From the NCBI RefSeq assembly GCF_964194155.1, contig NC_135914.1, forward strand, positions 1,860,001-1,924,000: a DNA stretch of 64,000 bases, written 5' to 3'. The notes under the pieces are model-generated. The model saw only the letters and a list, made by a program, of their open reading frames with translations, searched no databases and was not told where the DNA came from. Positions 48,739 to 61,990 of the stretch are shown here, piece after piece. The DNA comes from Cetorhinus maximus (Eukaryota). The position numbers and the translations under genes are program-made. Numbering within the stretch: the stretch's first letter is position 1; the number at the start of each line of letters is the position of its first letter.

Positions 48739-51454
48739 CTTGACGCGGTGATTTCTCCCTTTTTCCGCTCTCACCAGTTCGTTTCTGCAGGCGGAGTGGC
48801 CGCCACTGATCTATGCTCAGTCCCAGTGAGTTGCTCCCCTTTCAGATGCAGTGGAAACTATGACGAGCTATGCTATGGAAAGTATGACACCATTTTGGGC
48901 GCGGTGTCCTGGTGAATGTCACATGCTTTTGATTTACCGTGGTCACCGTCTGTGTGTCACAGCGGTCAAGTGGCAGAATGTCTATAAAGAAGTTTACTGT
49001 GTTGTCATTCAGAGTGGATGGTAGAATAATAATTGTATAGGTGTTTTTGAATATTGCAGTTAAAGTTAATTCAAGTTTAGCCATTCCTAATTGACAATGA
49101 GAGGGTGGCGGTTGAGCCAGTTTTAAAAACCTCTGTCAGGTTACTCCTCAGTCTTGTCTTTAGAGAAAAGAGACATAACCTGTACAGTCATTGCTGTTAG
49201 TTTTACCTCAGCTCTGGTAACCGCTTTATCATTTGTGTTTGCACCGACTCCATTGCCTCAATATACCTTTTATAAAATTGAGTCCAGAAATGTGCACAGT
49301 TAGTCCAAGTGTGGTCTGAACAAGGTTCTACAGACGAACATGACTTTTTTGTTTTTCAATTATATTCCTCTGCAAATAAATCCCACTGCTGATTTGTACT
49401 TTTTTCCAGTTAAGAGCACAGACAATTGCATAAAAAGCAACTTGTTATAGAATTATTGACAGGGTCAAAGAAGCAACCGTTAAATCAGCTTCAGAAACTG
49501 ACCAGGCCCGAGACCAATGCAAAAGCAAAATACTGCAGATCCTGGAAATCTGAAATAAAAACAGAAAATGCTGGAAGAACTGTGCCGGCTTGGCAGCATC
49601 TGTTCACATAGAGAGAGGATAAACGTTAACGTGTCGAGTCTTCCTGCTTAGTTCTTCTCCACAATTTTCTGTTTTTAGTGATGCTACCTGACCTGCTGAG
49701 CTTTTCCAGCATTTTCTATTTTGATTTCGGAACCTGAGGCCTCTGTTTAACGGGTTTGTATTTACCTCCTGAACGGAGGTCACAATCACACATTCTGCTG
49801 TTGAGTGAGCGACTTCACTGTAAAAAACCGGGGCAGAACAGGTTCACATAACCCAATCATGGTCGAGGGAAGTCTTTCGGGAGTTTTCCTTTTAACCGGA
49901 AGCGCACCGTGTTTGCTCCGTTGTTTTGCAATCCGTGTTCCTAAACATTTCACTGAGAAGGGTTTTTCCACTGGGGAATAACAATGCACATGATTTTAAA
50001 TAAAGCGCCACAATGAGGCCGTGATTATAAACCTCGAATGCATAATGGGGATTTTTCCCAGTCTGCAATCTGTTGGCAAACTCGGGAATAAAGATTTCCG
50101 ATCTTCGCCATTCCCAGCGGAATTCTGTAGGTTTTACTAAAGATCCGCGTTAGGGTTTAATGGAACCGAAATCTCAGAGGGAATTCAGCACAAGCCGGAC
50201 AGAGAGAGTCTCCGGGGATCTGTAGAGAGAAAATCCTCTACAGGAGTGAAACTGAGGGACAGTGGGTGAGAAGTCTTTAAGAATCTGATATAAACACACA
50301 CTTCCCGTTTTCTTTTGTTGAAAGAAAGAACCTATTGCCTTATTTTTATTCGATCAAGGGATGTGAGGGTCGCGGGCTAGGCCAGCACTTATTGTCCCCC
50401 ATAATTGCCCCTTGAGGAGATGGTGGTGAGCCGGTTTCTTCAAAAGCTGCGGTCCCTGCAGTTTAGGTGCACCCACAGTGCTGTCAGGGAGGGATTTCCA
50501 GGATTTTGACCCAGATACAATGAGGGAACGGCCGTACAGTCCCAGGCATGGCTAGTGTTTGTCTTGGGGGGTAATTGGAGGCCGTGGCTCTCACATGCCC
50601 CCTCTGCCCTTGTCCTTCTCGACGGTGGCAGCCTTGGCGATTGGTTGCAGTGCTTCCTGTATATGGATAGTACAAATTGCAATCTCTCTGAGTCTCTGAT
50701 GAAGCGAGTGCATCAATTGTCAATAATATTGGGGATCAGTTATTTTTTGAAAATATCGGGCACAGCAGGTAAGCAGTGACCCGGTCTCAGGTCACTGAGG
50801 ACACTGTAAATAAGGTGAATGTGCACCAGCCTGTTCTCTGCTCTGAGGAATCTACCCTTGACGTCAAGGCCTCTGCTGTCTGCGGTTTAACATTTAGTGA
50901 AATGCAGGCGGTTCTGTACATGAAGCGCCTCAACTGCAAAAACCACAGAGAGCTTTTGGACAGAACATCATTTTCCATCTCAAGCCAAAAGCGGCCAGAA
51001 ACTCGGTCAGCGATTTATGCCAAATGATATGCTTTGCACAGCCCCCGCATGGGGTGTGAGCGAGGCGTCTTTCTGAGACTCGCAGTAAACAGCCGCGGTC
51101 ACATCCAATGCGCCTCTTTGCTGCCCAGCCCCGCTCTCTGCTGCAAGGTTCACTGACCCACTTCTTTGTTATTCAAGGTCAAGCATTTCTGCAGAACGGT
51201 TCAGACCCAATAAGGAGCAACACTGTCTGCTCATTTCAGAACCCATTCTGTCAGTAATTCATACTATCAGTTTCGCCACACTAAAATAAATGTATCTCAC
51301 TCTTCTCTTCCAGATTCCGTCCCTCAGAATTCTCCTGAAGATTCCTTGACATGGGTCCCTGTGGAGCCTTGCAGAGAAGTTGCAGCACGGATTTGCTGCT
51401 TTGACTTTATAATTGGTTCACGTTTGAGACGAGGGAGTCCCATAAAAGAGTGAT

Positions 51455-51850
51455 TTGGCCCAGCAGCAGTTTCTAGTAACTTGTCTCGGTTTTGATCCTG
51501 TGCCATAATTGTCACAATTATCCGGGTTCTACTTTTCACCCTCATTCGGATTTGGATTCATTAAAGCGGTTAGTCGGGTGAGTATTAATGCTTAACAGGG
51601 ACATCGCAGTAAGCATGTGGTAAAGTGCTTCGCTATTAAATGCTAAATGCAGTTTCCTGTTTAAAAAAAAACCTGAGAGAATATCTCCCACGAAGAAAAC
51701 CGACTAACTGAATCATTTTGTAAAATTAATCACTAACAATCTCGCTGTATTTATCATTGATTGAAGCCAGTTCAATCCAAACACCCATTCCATTGGTACA
51801 GATACTTTAATATTTTCCACGTCCTTTTCAGATTGATTCTAAGAACATCA
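51455..51850 (+). pseudogene. Duplicate of the inverted decayed TM-exon remnant
   Basis: Paralog of 9700-10110, with the same TAA (TGGATTCATTAA) and a donor at 51578. Confidence 0.7.
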
Positions 51851-52159
51851 ACATTTACCATCTCAATATTTATTTCAAGTGACCAAAGATTAAAAGATCA
51901 TAAGGAAGAGGTGCAGGAATAGGCCCTCGATCCTGATCCGCCATTGAATAAGATGTTGCCTAATGTGCTTGCGGCCTCAAGTGCATTTGACTGCCTAAAA
52001 CCCATGACCCCGTTGTCAATGAAAAATTTTCCCAACTCAGCCTTGAATATATTGAATGGCCCAGCCTCCAGTGCTCTCTGGGGAAAGGAATTCCATAAAC
52101 AGAAACGACCAACGAAGAGAAAACAAAATCTTCCGCATTTCCGTGTTAAATGGGAGGTC

Positions 52160-53878
52160 TTTTTTTTTTGTAAAAATATACTTTATTCATAAATTATCTT
52201 CAATCACATTCAAAACCATTTCAAAAACAACATTACAAGGGTACAGCCAGGTTAAACTTTTACAAAATGTATCACCAGGTGCATCAGTACAAACAATATT
52301 ACAGTCATTTACAGCCTTTCATTTTGATCTGTACAGCCCGAGGGGCTCTAAACAGTTCCCAGTCTCTCGGTGCGCTGTGGTAGAAAGGTCTTAGACAGCG
52401 ACCCTTCCCCATTGCGCCTTTGCGGCAGCTGCCCCAAGCTTTAGTGTGTCCCTCAGCACGTAGTCCTGGACTTTGGATTGTGCCAGTCCGCAACAATCGG
52501 TCGGGGACAACTCTTTGTGCTGGAAGACCAACAAGTTTCGGGCAGACCAAAGCGCCTCTTTCACCGAGTTGATGATCCTCCAGCTGCAGTTGATGTTTGT
52601 CTCGGTGTGTGTCCCCGGGAACAGCCCGTAGAGCACAGAGTCCTGTGTCACAGAACTGCTCGGGATGAACCTCGACAGCAACCACTGCATCTCTCTCCAG
52701 ACTTTCTTTGCAAAGGCACAATCCACAAGGAGGTGAACAACGGTCTCTTCCCCACCACAGCCACCTCGAGGGCAACGTGCAGAGGGGGTGAGCCTCCTGG
52801 CGTGTAGGAAGGATCTGACGGGGAGGGCCTTTCTCACCACCAGCCAAGCTACGTCTTGGTGCTTGTTGGAAAGTTCTGGCGATGAGGCATTCTGCCAAAT
52901 GACTTTGACAGTCTGCTCGGGGAACCATCCCACAGGGTCCACCCTCTCCTTTTCCCTCAGGGCCTCTAGGACGTTACGTGCTGACCACTGCCTGATGGAC
53001 TTGTGGTCAAAGGTGTTTTTCTGCATAAATTTTTCCACCAGGGACAGGTGGTACGGCACGGTCCAACTACTTGGAGCGTTCCGCGGCAGCGTGGCCAGAC
53101 CCATCCTTCGCAACACCGGGGACAGGTAGAACCTCAGCACGTAGTGACACTTGGTGTTTGCGTACTGAGGGTCTACGCACCGCTTGATGCAGCCACACAC
53201 AAAGGTGGCCATCAGTATGAGGGCGATGTTGGGCACGTTTTTTCCCCCTTTATCTAGAGGCTTGTACATCGCGTCCCTGCGGACACGATCCATTTTCGAC
53301 CTCCAGATAAAGCGGAAGATGGCTCGAGTGATCGCCATCGCGCAGGAGTCTGGAATGGGCCAGACCTGCGCCACGTACAGCAACAGCGAGAGTACCTCAC
53401 ACCTGATGACCAGGTTCTTACCCGCAATGGAGAGGGAGCGTCGCTCCCACATGCCCAGTTTCCTTTTCACCATAGCCACTCGCTCCTTCCAGTTTCTAAC
53501 ACATGCCCCGGTCCCTCCGAACCATATCCCCAGCACCTTCAGGCCGTCAGCCCTGACAGTGAAGGGGACAAAGGATCGGTCAGCCCAGTTCCCAAAGAAC
53601 ATGGCCTCGCTCTTCCCACGATTTACCCTGGCTCCCGAGGCCAGTTCGAACTGGTCGCAGATGTGCATCAGTCTGCGCACCGACAGCGGATCCGAGCAGA
53701 AGACGGCGATGTCGTCCATGTACAGGGAGGCTTTTACCTGAGTGCCTCCACTGCCTGGGATCGTCACTCCTCTTATGCCCGGATCCTTCCTGATGGACTC
53801 GGCAAAGGGTTCTATGCAACACACGAAAAGGACAGGCGAGAGAGGACAGCCCTGCCTGACTCCAGATTTAATCGGAAA
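52160..53878 (-). mobile_element. Young 5'-truncated Tx1/L1-clade LINE with an uninterrupted ORF2 C-terminal part
   Basis: GVRQGCPLSP, YMDD and C-terminal CPRGGC..ETVVHLLVDC zinc motif; open 477-aa ORF at 52391-53824; AATAAA and poly(A) at about 52160-52187; AGGTC on both flanks. Confidence 0.93.
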
Positions 53879-54213
53879 AGGTCACTTATTCTGAAACTGT
53901 GCCCCTAGTTCTGCACTCCCGCATGAGTCGAAACATCCTCACAGCACCTATCCTGTGAAGCCTCCTCAGAATCTTATATGCTTCAATGAGTTCACCTCTC
54001 ATTCTTAGATTTACAACCAGCAATGCTTGTTTGATATTTTTGTCTGCATGTAATTTGAGTTTATAATGAATATTTCACCCGGTTAACAGAGGGCATTGAG
54101 GGGTCAATGTCGAGCATCTTAATTTGCATGGCAATCACTATTATCGCTCCAACTGGAAACTCACTGTCACCAACAATAGAAGCATTAGCGAAGGCTCGGG
54201 GGTAATGCCTTCC

Positions 54214-57153
54214 ATACATCCATAGATCCATAGAAAAGTTACAGCACAGAAGGAGACCATTCGGCCCATCTTGCCCATGCCATCCAGAGGACAACCAGGT
54301 GTCCTTTCTAATCCCACCTTCCTGTACCAGGCCGATAGCCCTGCAGTTTACAGCACTTAAGGTGCAGATCCAGGTACTTTTAAAAAGAGTTTAGAGTTTC
54401 TGCCTATACCACCAGCTTGGGCAACGAACTCCAGAAAACCACTGCGTAAAAAAGTTCTTCCTCATGTTCCCCTTACACCTTCTGCCACTTATATTGAATC
54501 TATGTACCCTGGTTCTAGAATTCTCCACCAAAGGAAACAATTTTATCCTGTCCAATCTATCTATTCCCCTCATAGTTTTGTACACCTAAATCAAGCCACC
54601 TCTTAACCTTCTTTGTTAAAAGAAAACTAACCCCAACCTATCCAATCTCTCCACGTAGCTACACTTTTCTAACCCTGGCAACATTTTTGTAAACCACCTC
54701 TGCACTCTCTCCAGAGCTATTACGTCCTTCCTGTAATTTGGTTACCAGAACTGCACACAATACTCCAGTTGTGGCCTCACCATTGTTTAATACAATTCCA
54801 ACATCATATCCTTACTTTTATATTCTATACCTCTGCCAATGAAGGACAGCATTCCATATACCTTCTTTACATACTTGTCTACTTGAACGGCTGCCTTCAG
54901 GGACCTGTGTACTTGTTTGAAAAGATCTCTCACTTCATCTACCCCTCTTAGTGTATTCCCATTTATTGTGTAATCCCTGTAACTGTTTGACCTCCCTAAA
55001 TGTATGATCTCACACTTGTCTACGTTAAAATCCATCTGCCACTTTACCGCCCACTCCACCAAAACATCTATATCGTTTTGGAGATTATGTGTATCCTTTA
55101 CACTATCCGCTACTCAACCAATCTTTGTGTCATCTGCAAATTTCCCATACGGGCCCCCCAGGTTCACGTCCAAATCGTTAATATATAACGCAAACAGCAA
55201 GGGTCCTAACACTGAGACCTGTGGAACACCCTTTGAGAAAACTGTTCATTCGCAAGAGCATCCCTCGACAATTACCCAATGTTTCCTGGTACAAAGCCAA
55301 CCTGTTATCCAGTGTGTCACATTAACCTCAATCCCATGGGCGTTTTCTTTCCTGACCAATCTGCCATGTTGGACCTTTTCCAATGCCTTGCTATAATCCA
55401 TGTGCACCACAGCCACTGCACTACCTTCATCAAACCCTTCTTGTCACTTCCTCAAAGAACTCAATCAAATTTGTGAGGCAAGACCTTCCTTTAACAAATC
55501 GATGCTGACCATCCCTGACTAGTCCATGCCTTTCCACATGACAGTTAATAGTATCATTCAGGATTGATTCTACTAATTTGCTCACCACCGATGTAAAACT
55601 AACTGGCCTATACTTGTTTGGCATTTCCTTTGATCCCTTTTTTAAACAACGGAAGTACGTTTGCATTTCTCCAGTCCTCGGGTACCTCCCCTGTATCTCG
55701 TGAAATTGGAAAAACATCCTCAGAGCATCTGTTAGCTCTTCACTGACTTCCTTCAGCAGCTGTGGAAACAATCCATCTGGCCGTGATGACTTATCAACTT
55801 TCAAGGATTTCAACCCTTCGAGTACTTCCTCTGTCTTTATGACTATCCCGTCCAATATCTCGCAGTGTTACTCGTGGACTACTATATCTACATCTCCCTT
55901 TCCTTTGTAAACACGGAGACAAAATATTCATTCAAAACCCACAGCCTCTGCATCTACACACAAGTTTCCATCTTCATCTCTGATAGGTCGCATTTTTCCT
56001 TAACTAACCTTTTAGCATTAATGTAATGGTGAAGAATCTTTGGGTTTTCTTTAACTTTACTTGCTAATCATTTTTCATGCCCTCTGTTTGATTTCCTTAT
56101 TTCCATTTTCACTTCGTCCCTGCACTTCCTATATTCATCTAGGCGATCTGCAGTGCTTAGTTCTTTGTGCCTATCGTACACTTTCTTTTTCTGTTTAATC
56201 TTCCCCTGTATTCCACTCGACAACCAGGGGAGTCTAGATTTGGCAGTATTACTCTTATTTTTGCAGGGGACATGTCTACTTTGTACAATTAGGATCTCGC
56301 TTTTTAGTGCTTCCCACTGGTTTTCCACTGTTTTATCCTCTAGCAATGCTGTCCATTCCACCTCAGCCAAGTCCCTTCTCATTTCTGCAAATTTTGCCTT
56401 CCCCCAGTTCAAGAGTTTTACTCCTGCCTTATCTCTGTCCTTTTCCATGATAACGCTAAATCTAACTGAATTGTGATCACAGTCCCTGATACGGTCGCCA
56501 ACTGTCTATTCACCCACTTGCCCTTCTTTGATCCCCAAGACGAGGTCTAGAATTGCATCTCCTCCCGTTGGGTTTGTCACTAATTGTTGAAGATATTTTC
56601 CTGGACACAGTGCAAGAATTTCTTTTTCCCCTCAGTGCCCCTGATATTGCTTAAATCCTAGTTGATATTAGGGTAGTTGAAGTCTCCTACTATTGTTGCC
56701 CTCTTGTTCTTACAAGCAGAAATTTACCAATATATTTGTTCTTCTATCCCCTTTCACTATTTGGGGATCTGTAGTATACTCCCAGTAGCGTGACTGGCCC
56801 TTTTGTATTTCTAAGCTGAATCCATAAAGCCTCGTTTGTTGACCCATTTAGTGTATCATCCCTTCTCACAACTGGAATTGATTCTTTAACCGTTTGTGCT
56901 GACCACCCCCAGCTCCCCCACTCTCCTTTTTTTTAATCTCCTGCTCTATCGTATCTGAAGACACTATAACCAGGGATATTAAGCTGCCAGTTTTGCCCCT
57001 CCTTTAGCCAGGTCTCCGTTATAGCATTGGCATCCTGCTGCATCCTGTGCCCTTAACTCATCTCCGTTGCTTGTAATACTCCTTGCATTGAAGTAAAACA
57101 GTTTAACCCCGTCAATTTCCCTTGCTGGACACATTGAAAACTTTGCTTCTCAA
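54214..57153 (-). mobile_element. CR1 LINE ORF2 (endonuclease to RT), about 2.9 kb, decayed
   Basis: ORFs 56068-56448, 55430-55855 (YRPVS.TSVV.K..GRSCLTNLIEFFE), 54787-55062 and 54391-54585; short tandem (CATAGATC) tail; empty site at about 10750. Confidence 0.9.
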
Positions 57154-60068
57154 AGTCAGGTTCTTTAGCCAGGAATGGATTTTGCTGCATTGTAAACGCC
57201 GCCAGTGAGAAGGCAGGAGGGAATGGAGAACTTAAATGGATTCCACCAGCTTTCCAAACGGATCCACTGATGTCTTAGTCACTAACTTAACTTTCAGTGT
57301 AAAACATCGGAGACTTTCAACCAACAAATAAACACTCTTAATCTAGGTTGAGTAAAAGAATTAAAATTAATTTGGGTGGAGCCAGAGATACCATTTCCTC
57401 AAGTGGGTGGAGTGCGTGTGTGTGGGTGGAGTGCGTGTGTGTGTGTGTGTGGGGTGGGGGTTGGGGGGGGATGTTGGGGGAGGGGTGGGGGGAGTGGGGG
57501 GGGTCCAGACCAAAGGGTCACTACGTTCAATTTGTAACCAGACCGTCCAGGGTTGATGCCCGGAAGCAATTCTTTGCCCCAAGGAATGGCTGATGGGGCA
57601 TTAAGTTGCTGTGCGCTGTTGAAAACATGTTGTGCGCTGAGGGCTCAGGAACTTTTAGACCTCTGGAATTGTAGAGTAATCGCTGATTACCACAGATTAT
57701 GTTAAATAATCTCAAACTTCACAGACACCTTCACCCTGAGCAATGCCCCTCTATTGTATATCGTCGAAATCTCTCTCTATCTCACAGACACCGACACTCA
57801 TCAATCGGAGCCTCACTCGCCCGTACAGACACGTTATCCTGTATGATTGAATTGCTAACTCTTATAGTTACACAGGACGCAGTGATCCTCTCTATATGCT
57901 TCAAGAATCAGAATGTCTGCTTCTCCATTTTGTGTTGCTGCACTAGCACATGTATTGATGCACTGAACCAGAACAAGTTCAGAAAGGGGATAAAGGAGAT
58001 GAAGCAAGCATTTAAAACTCTGAGGTGCCTTGTCTTAACTTTTCGGTTTGATTTTTAAAAACTGAAATAAATGTCACGCCAAGTTGTGGGCCACGCGCTC
58101 TGTCAGGGGGGCGTGGCCGGTATTTAACACAAAGCAGCCGCCGGGCACGGGGGGAGGCAAGAGGTGACTCAGGGAGAACTGGGGGGGGGAGAGGAGGCCT
58201 TGAAGAGATTTAATGCGGCCCCAGTGGACAGGGCAGCAAACGACAGCAGCCACCGCCTCGGTGACAGTGACCCCACTGAAGAACTTTAAACTCTCATGGA
58301 ATTATTGTTCTCCTATTGAAATAATGGGCGCCCCTTTGGAACTCTGATAGTATTTCGTCCCCCCTTTCAAGGCAGGCAACCCCCATCTTTCTTCATTCTT
58401 TACCTTCCTTGTCATGTGGCTTCACAAGTTTGTCTTTTATATACATTTCTTCCTACCTCCCCCCTCCATAAAATAATTCGCTGGGTCATGAGATTTCGCA
58501 TTTCAGTCACATTGAATTGGCCTGGCCTCTCGGTTCCCTCATATAGCATGAGAACTCTGCTTTTAAATATAAAGACAGACTTGTATTTGTACAGCACCTT
58601 CCACTACCTCTGGGCATCCCAAAGAGATTTACAATCAATTAAGGAGGTTTTTGAAATGTCGTCGCTGTTGTAATGCAGGAGACTCAGCAGCCAATTTGCA
58701 CACAGCAAGCTCCCACAGCCATTAATGTAACAAATGAACAGATTTGATTGAGAGGCAGACATTGGTCCCAGCATAGAGGGGAGAAAGTCACCCTGACTGC
58801 TCTTCATCCAATAGAGGCTGTGGGATCTTTGTATCCTACTGAGATGGCTGACAGGCCCTCGATTTGGCAGCTCGTCTGCGAGGAAGCTTTAATGCAATGG
58901 AAACTAACTGTTGGAAACTGTAAGCATGTGGAAGATATTTACAAATGACTCCAGGCTTTCTTACAGTTGGAATCTTTCTCTAATCCGTTCATTCGAGATG
59001 CTGCTTCACAGATTTCCCCCTGCGAATATCAAGCTTCCTTCTTGACCAGAAATGTTGAATCTTGTAAATTAACACCCTAGATGATCATGATTGCATTGTT
59101 ACTGGCTTTATTAACTTCAATCATACAGGTTAACCCATTCAGCAATAATTGAATAAATTCGTAAAAGGCCATTATGAAATAAGGTGAGAGATAATTGGTA
59201 AAGTTTATAATGAGATCATTGGATTCTACAGGTCCAGATTAACAACTCATTTCTAACAGCAGGTTAGAAAGACCATTACAACGCGAAGGAAGGACTGGTG
59301 CTAATTTGCCTAGGAATTGAATGGAAAGGCAGAGAGAATCAAGCTTACTCTCTACTTCTCTGTAGCCCTGAAGAAGCGTCATACGGACTCGAAACGTTAA
59401 CTCTGTTTTTCTCCCCACAGATTTTGTCAGGCCAGCTGAGTTTTTCTAGAATTTTCTGTTTTCCTTTCAGATTTCCAGCATCCACAGTATTTTGATTTTA
59501 AACTAACATGTAACCTTGCTTATATCACACTCACCATACTGTTGGCAGTGTGTAATGATGGCGTCTAAGGTGAGGAATAGGAAATTCTACAATCAACACT
59601 GGGAGATTAGGAGACGCAGACTGAGAGTTGAAGGATTGAAAGAAGCTGAGAGGACAAAGGAGGCAAATTTCAAACTCACGGCGCAGTATGATGCACTGAA
59701 GAGACACACACACAGACTGTTTCACGTTGAGTAGTTCCCCTTCGTTGAACTGCCTTTGTATCACACACACACGCACATACACACACACACACACACACAT
59801 GTTCACTAATCTAACCTCCGTTGGATAGTGTCAGAATCACACAACCAGAAATCACTGGCTATCTGCACTCTGCTGGATATTTCCAGAATCACTCACAAAC
59901 ACACACATACCCAGGCAGAGTCCACCACACACCCACAGCTCTTCTTTCCCAATCTACCCTCCGTTGAATACTGCCAGAATCACACGCACACGCAAACACA
60001 CACACACAGACTCACTCACACACAGACAGAGAGACTCACTCACACACACACACAAACACATACACTCA

Positions 60069-60105
<37 letters not shown>

Positions 60106-60959
60106 AAACAAACACACACGCAAACACACGCTCAGGCAATGTCCCCCACTCTCCCAAATACTTTCCTTCCCAATCTACCCTCCGTTCCATACTGTAAGAA
60201 TCAGACACTCGCAAATCACTATGTACCCTCAGCTGGTTACTGCCAGAATCTCACACACAGGGACACACGCACACACACACACACACACACAAACACGCAA
60301 ACACCTTTACCAATCTGCCCTCTACTGGATGGTGCCAGAATCACGCAAACCCACCTGCAGAAATCTACCCTCTTCTATCACTGTGATAACACTCTACTAA
60401 ATACATTACCATCATTTCCCATGATGTTCCCCGAGAATCACCTCCATGTGGTTATTTTAAATGATATGAGGTTTTCAGCCACATATTGTTCTGTCTGTTT
60501 GACTGTCAATTTCAAATGTGATCGATTTGTGACCATTTGCAGACAGAAGCAGAAAACTAAATATCACAAGGAGGAAACTGCAGCTTTCTCACAGCAACCA
60601 GCATTCTAAGCCCCTCAATGCTGTTGACCCAATCGTCCACCACCTCCCACGCAGCATGATCCTGGGATTCCACTTCTTCCCAATTCTTGGCATGAGTTTT
60701 TTTATCATGCACGTGCAGTAGGAGGGCACGACGGGCGGCCTCACTGCATCTAAAAGCAGCTTTGTCTCTTCTCGAACGCCTCTCCCCTCGCTTCATTTTC
60801 GCAGATATCTATGCATGGTAATATGAAATAAATGTGGAACTCTTCAATGGGAAAATGTGGGAGTATTGCAGATTTTTAAAACTTCTGCCACCCATGAAGA
60901 CTGATATGGTTCGCAGAGATGAGCTAAATTTATAATAAAACAGGAAATGTTGGGCAATT

Positions 60960-61450
60960 TTCAATAGGCGATTTGGAAATTCCATTCTCATTATTTTGTA
61001 TTAAAGACGCTCCCAAAGCATCGACTGGCTTTAACCATTTTGAACTCATTTACGGTCATGAGGTAATGGGACCACTGAAATAGACCCATGAGATATTGAT
61101 GGTTAAAAATTCAGAAACTAACCTGCTGGATTACGTATGAAAGTTCTGGGAGAGATTAGAAAGAGCATGTGAATTGGATAGGGAACAGTTAAAGGTATCA
61201 CAGCAAGTTGTGAAACTTAAAGCAGGCCGGAAGGCTACAGCTCAGAATTTTGTTGCTGGAGAGAAATTGCTATTTCTGTTACTAGTACTGGGCGACTCAT
61301 TAAAAGCAAAGTATAGTGGGCTTACTGGATTGAAAAGAAAGTGAGTGAAACAAATTATTTAATAAATATTCGAAATAGAAGAAAGAAGCAGAGGGTGTGC
61401 CGTGGAAACATGTTTGAAAAGTACTTTGGCAGGGAAAAGGGCCAAAAGGA
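60960..61450 (+). mobile_element. Ty3/Gypsy integrase C-terminal remnant; probable 3' region/LTR continues to about 63200
   Basis: LFCIKDAPKASTGFNHFELIYGHEVMGPL..KYSG(P)YWIEKKVSETNY..NM matches the Gypsy integrase and GPY/F module, with stops. Confidence 0.75.
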
Positions 61451-61539
61451 AATGTGAGTAGTCGCAGAAAATGAGAAAGAGGTGGAATTGCAGGACTATG
61501 GAATTGGTTTTCCTCAAATCAATTTGTATAATGAGGGGG

Positions 61540-61990
61540 GTTATTATCTATGAGGAGAGGTACATAAACTCGGACTTTTCTCACTAGAGCGACGGAGAAT
61601 GAGGACCGACTTGATAGAAGTTTACAAAATTATGAGTGGCATGGACAGAGTAAATAGCCAGAAGCTTTTTCCCAGGGTGGAAGAGTCAATTACATGGGGA
61701 CATAGATTGAAGATGAGAGGAGAAAACTATGAAGGTGATGTGCGGGGCAAGTTTATTATGCAGAGGGTAGTAAGTGTTTGGAATTCGCTGCCAGAGGAGG
61801 TGCTGGAAGCAAGTACGATAGTGGTGTTTAGGAGGCAGCTTGACAACTACATGAATAGTATGGGAATAGAGGGATACGGACCCCGGAAGTGAGAATGTTT
61901 TAGTTGACCGGCAATATAATCGGCGCAGGCTTGGAGGGCCGAAGGGCCTGTTCCTGTGCTGTACTTTTATTTGTTCTTTGTTCTTTGAGG
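61540..61990 (+). mobile_element. CR1 LINE 3' end inserted in the Gypsy remnant
   Basis: YEER...LERRRMRTDLIEVYKIM..QRVVSVWNSLP; (TTGTTCT)n tail. Confidence 0.85.

Larger units (their letters stand above)
42756..58880 (+). repeat. Segmental duplication unit 2, enlarged by Tx1 and CR1 insertions
   Basis: Colinear with 824-12497. The insertions at 52.2-53.9 kb and 54.2-57.15 kb are absent from unit 1. Confidence 0.85.

Noticed and set aside
52305-53908. Several long overlapping ORFs
   Set aside because: Alternative-frame and antisense shadows of the GC-rich Tx1 ORF2.
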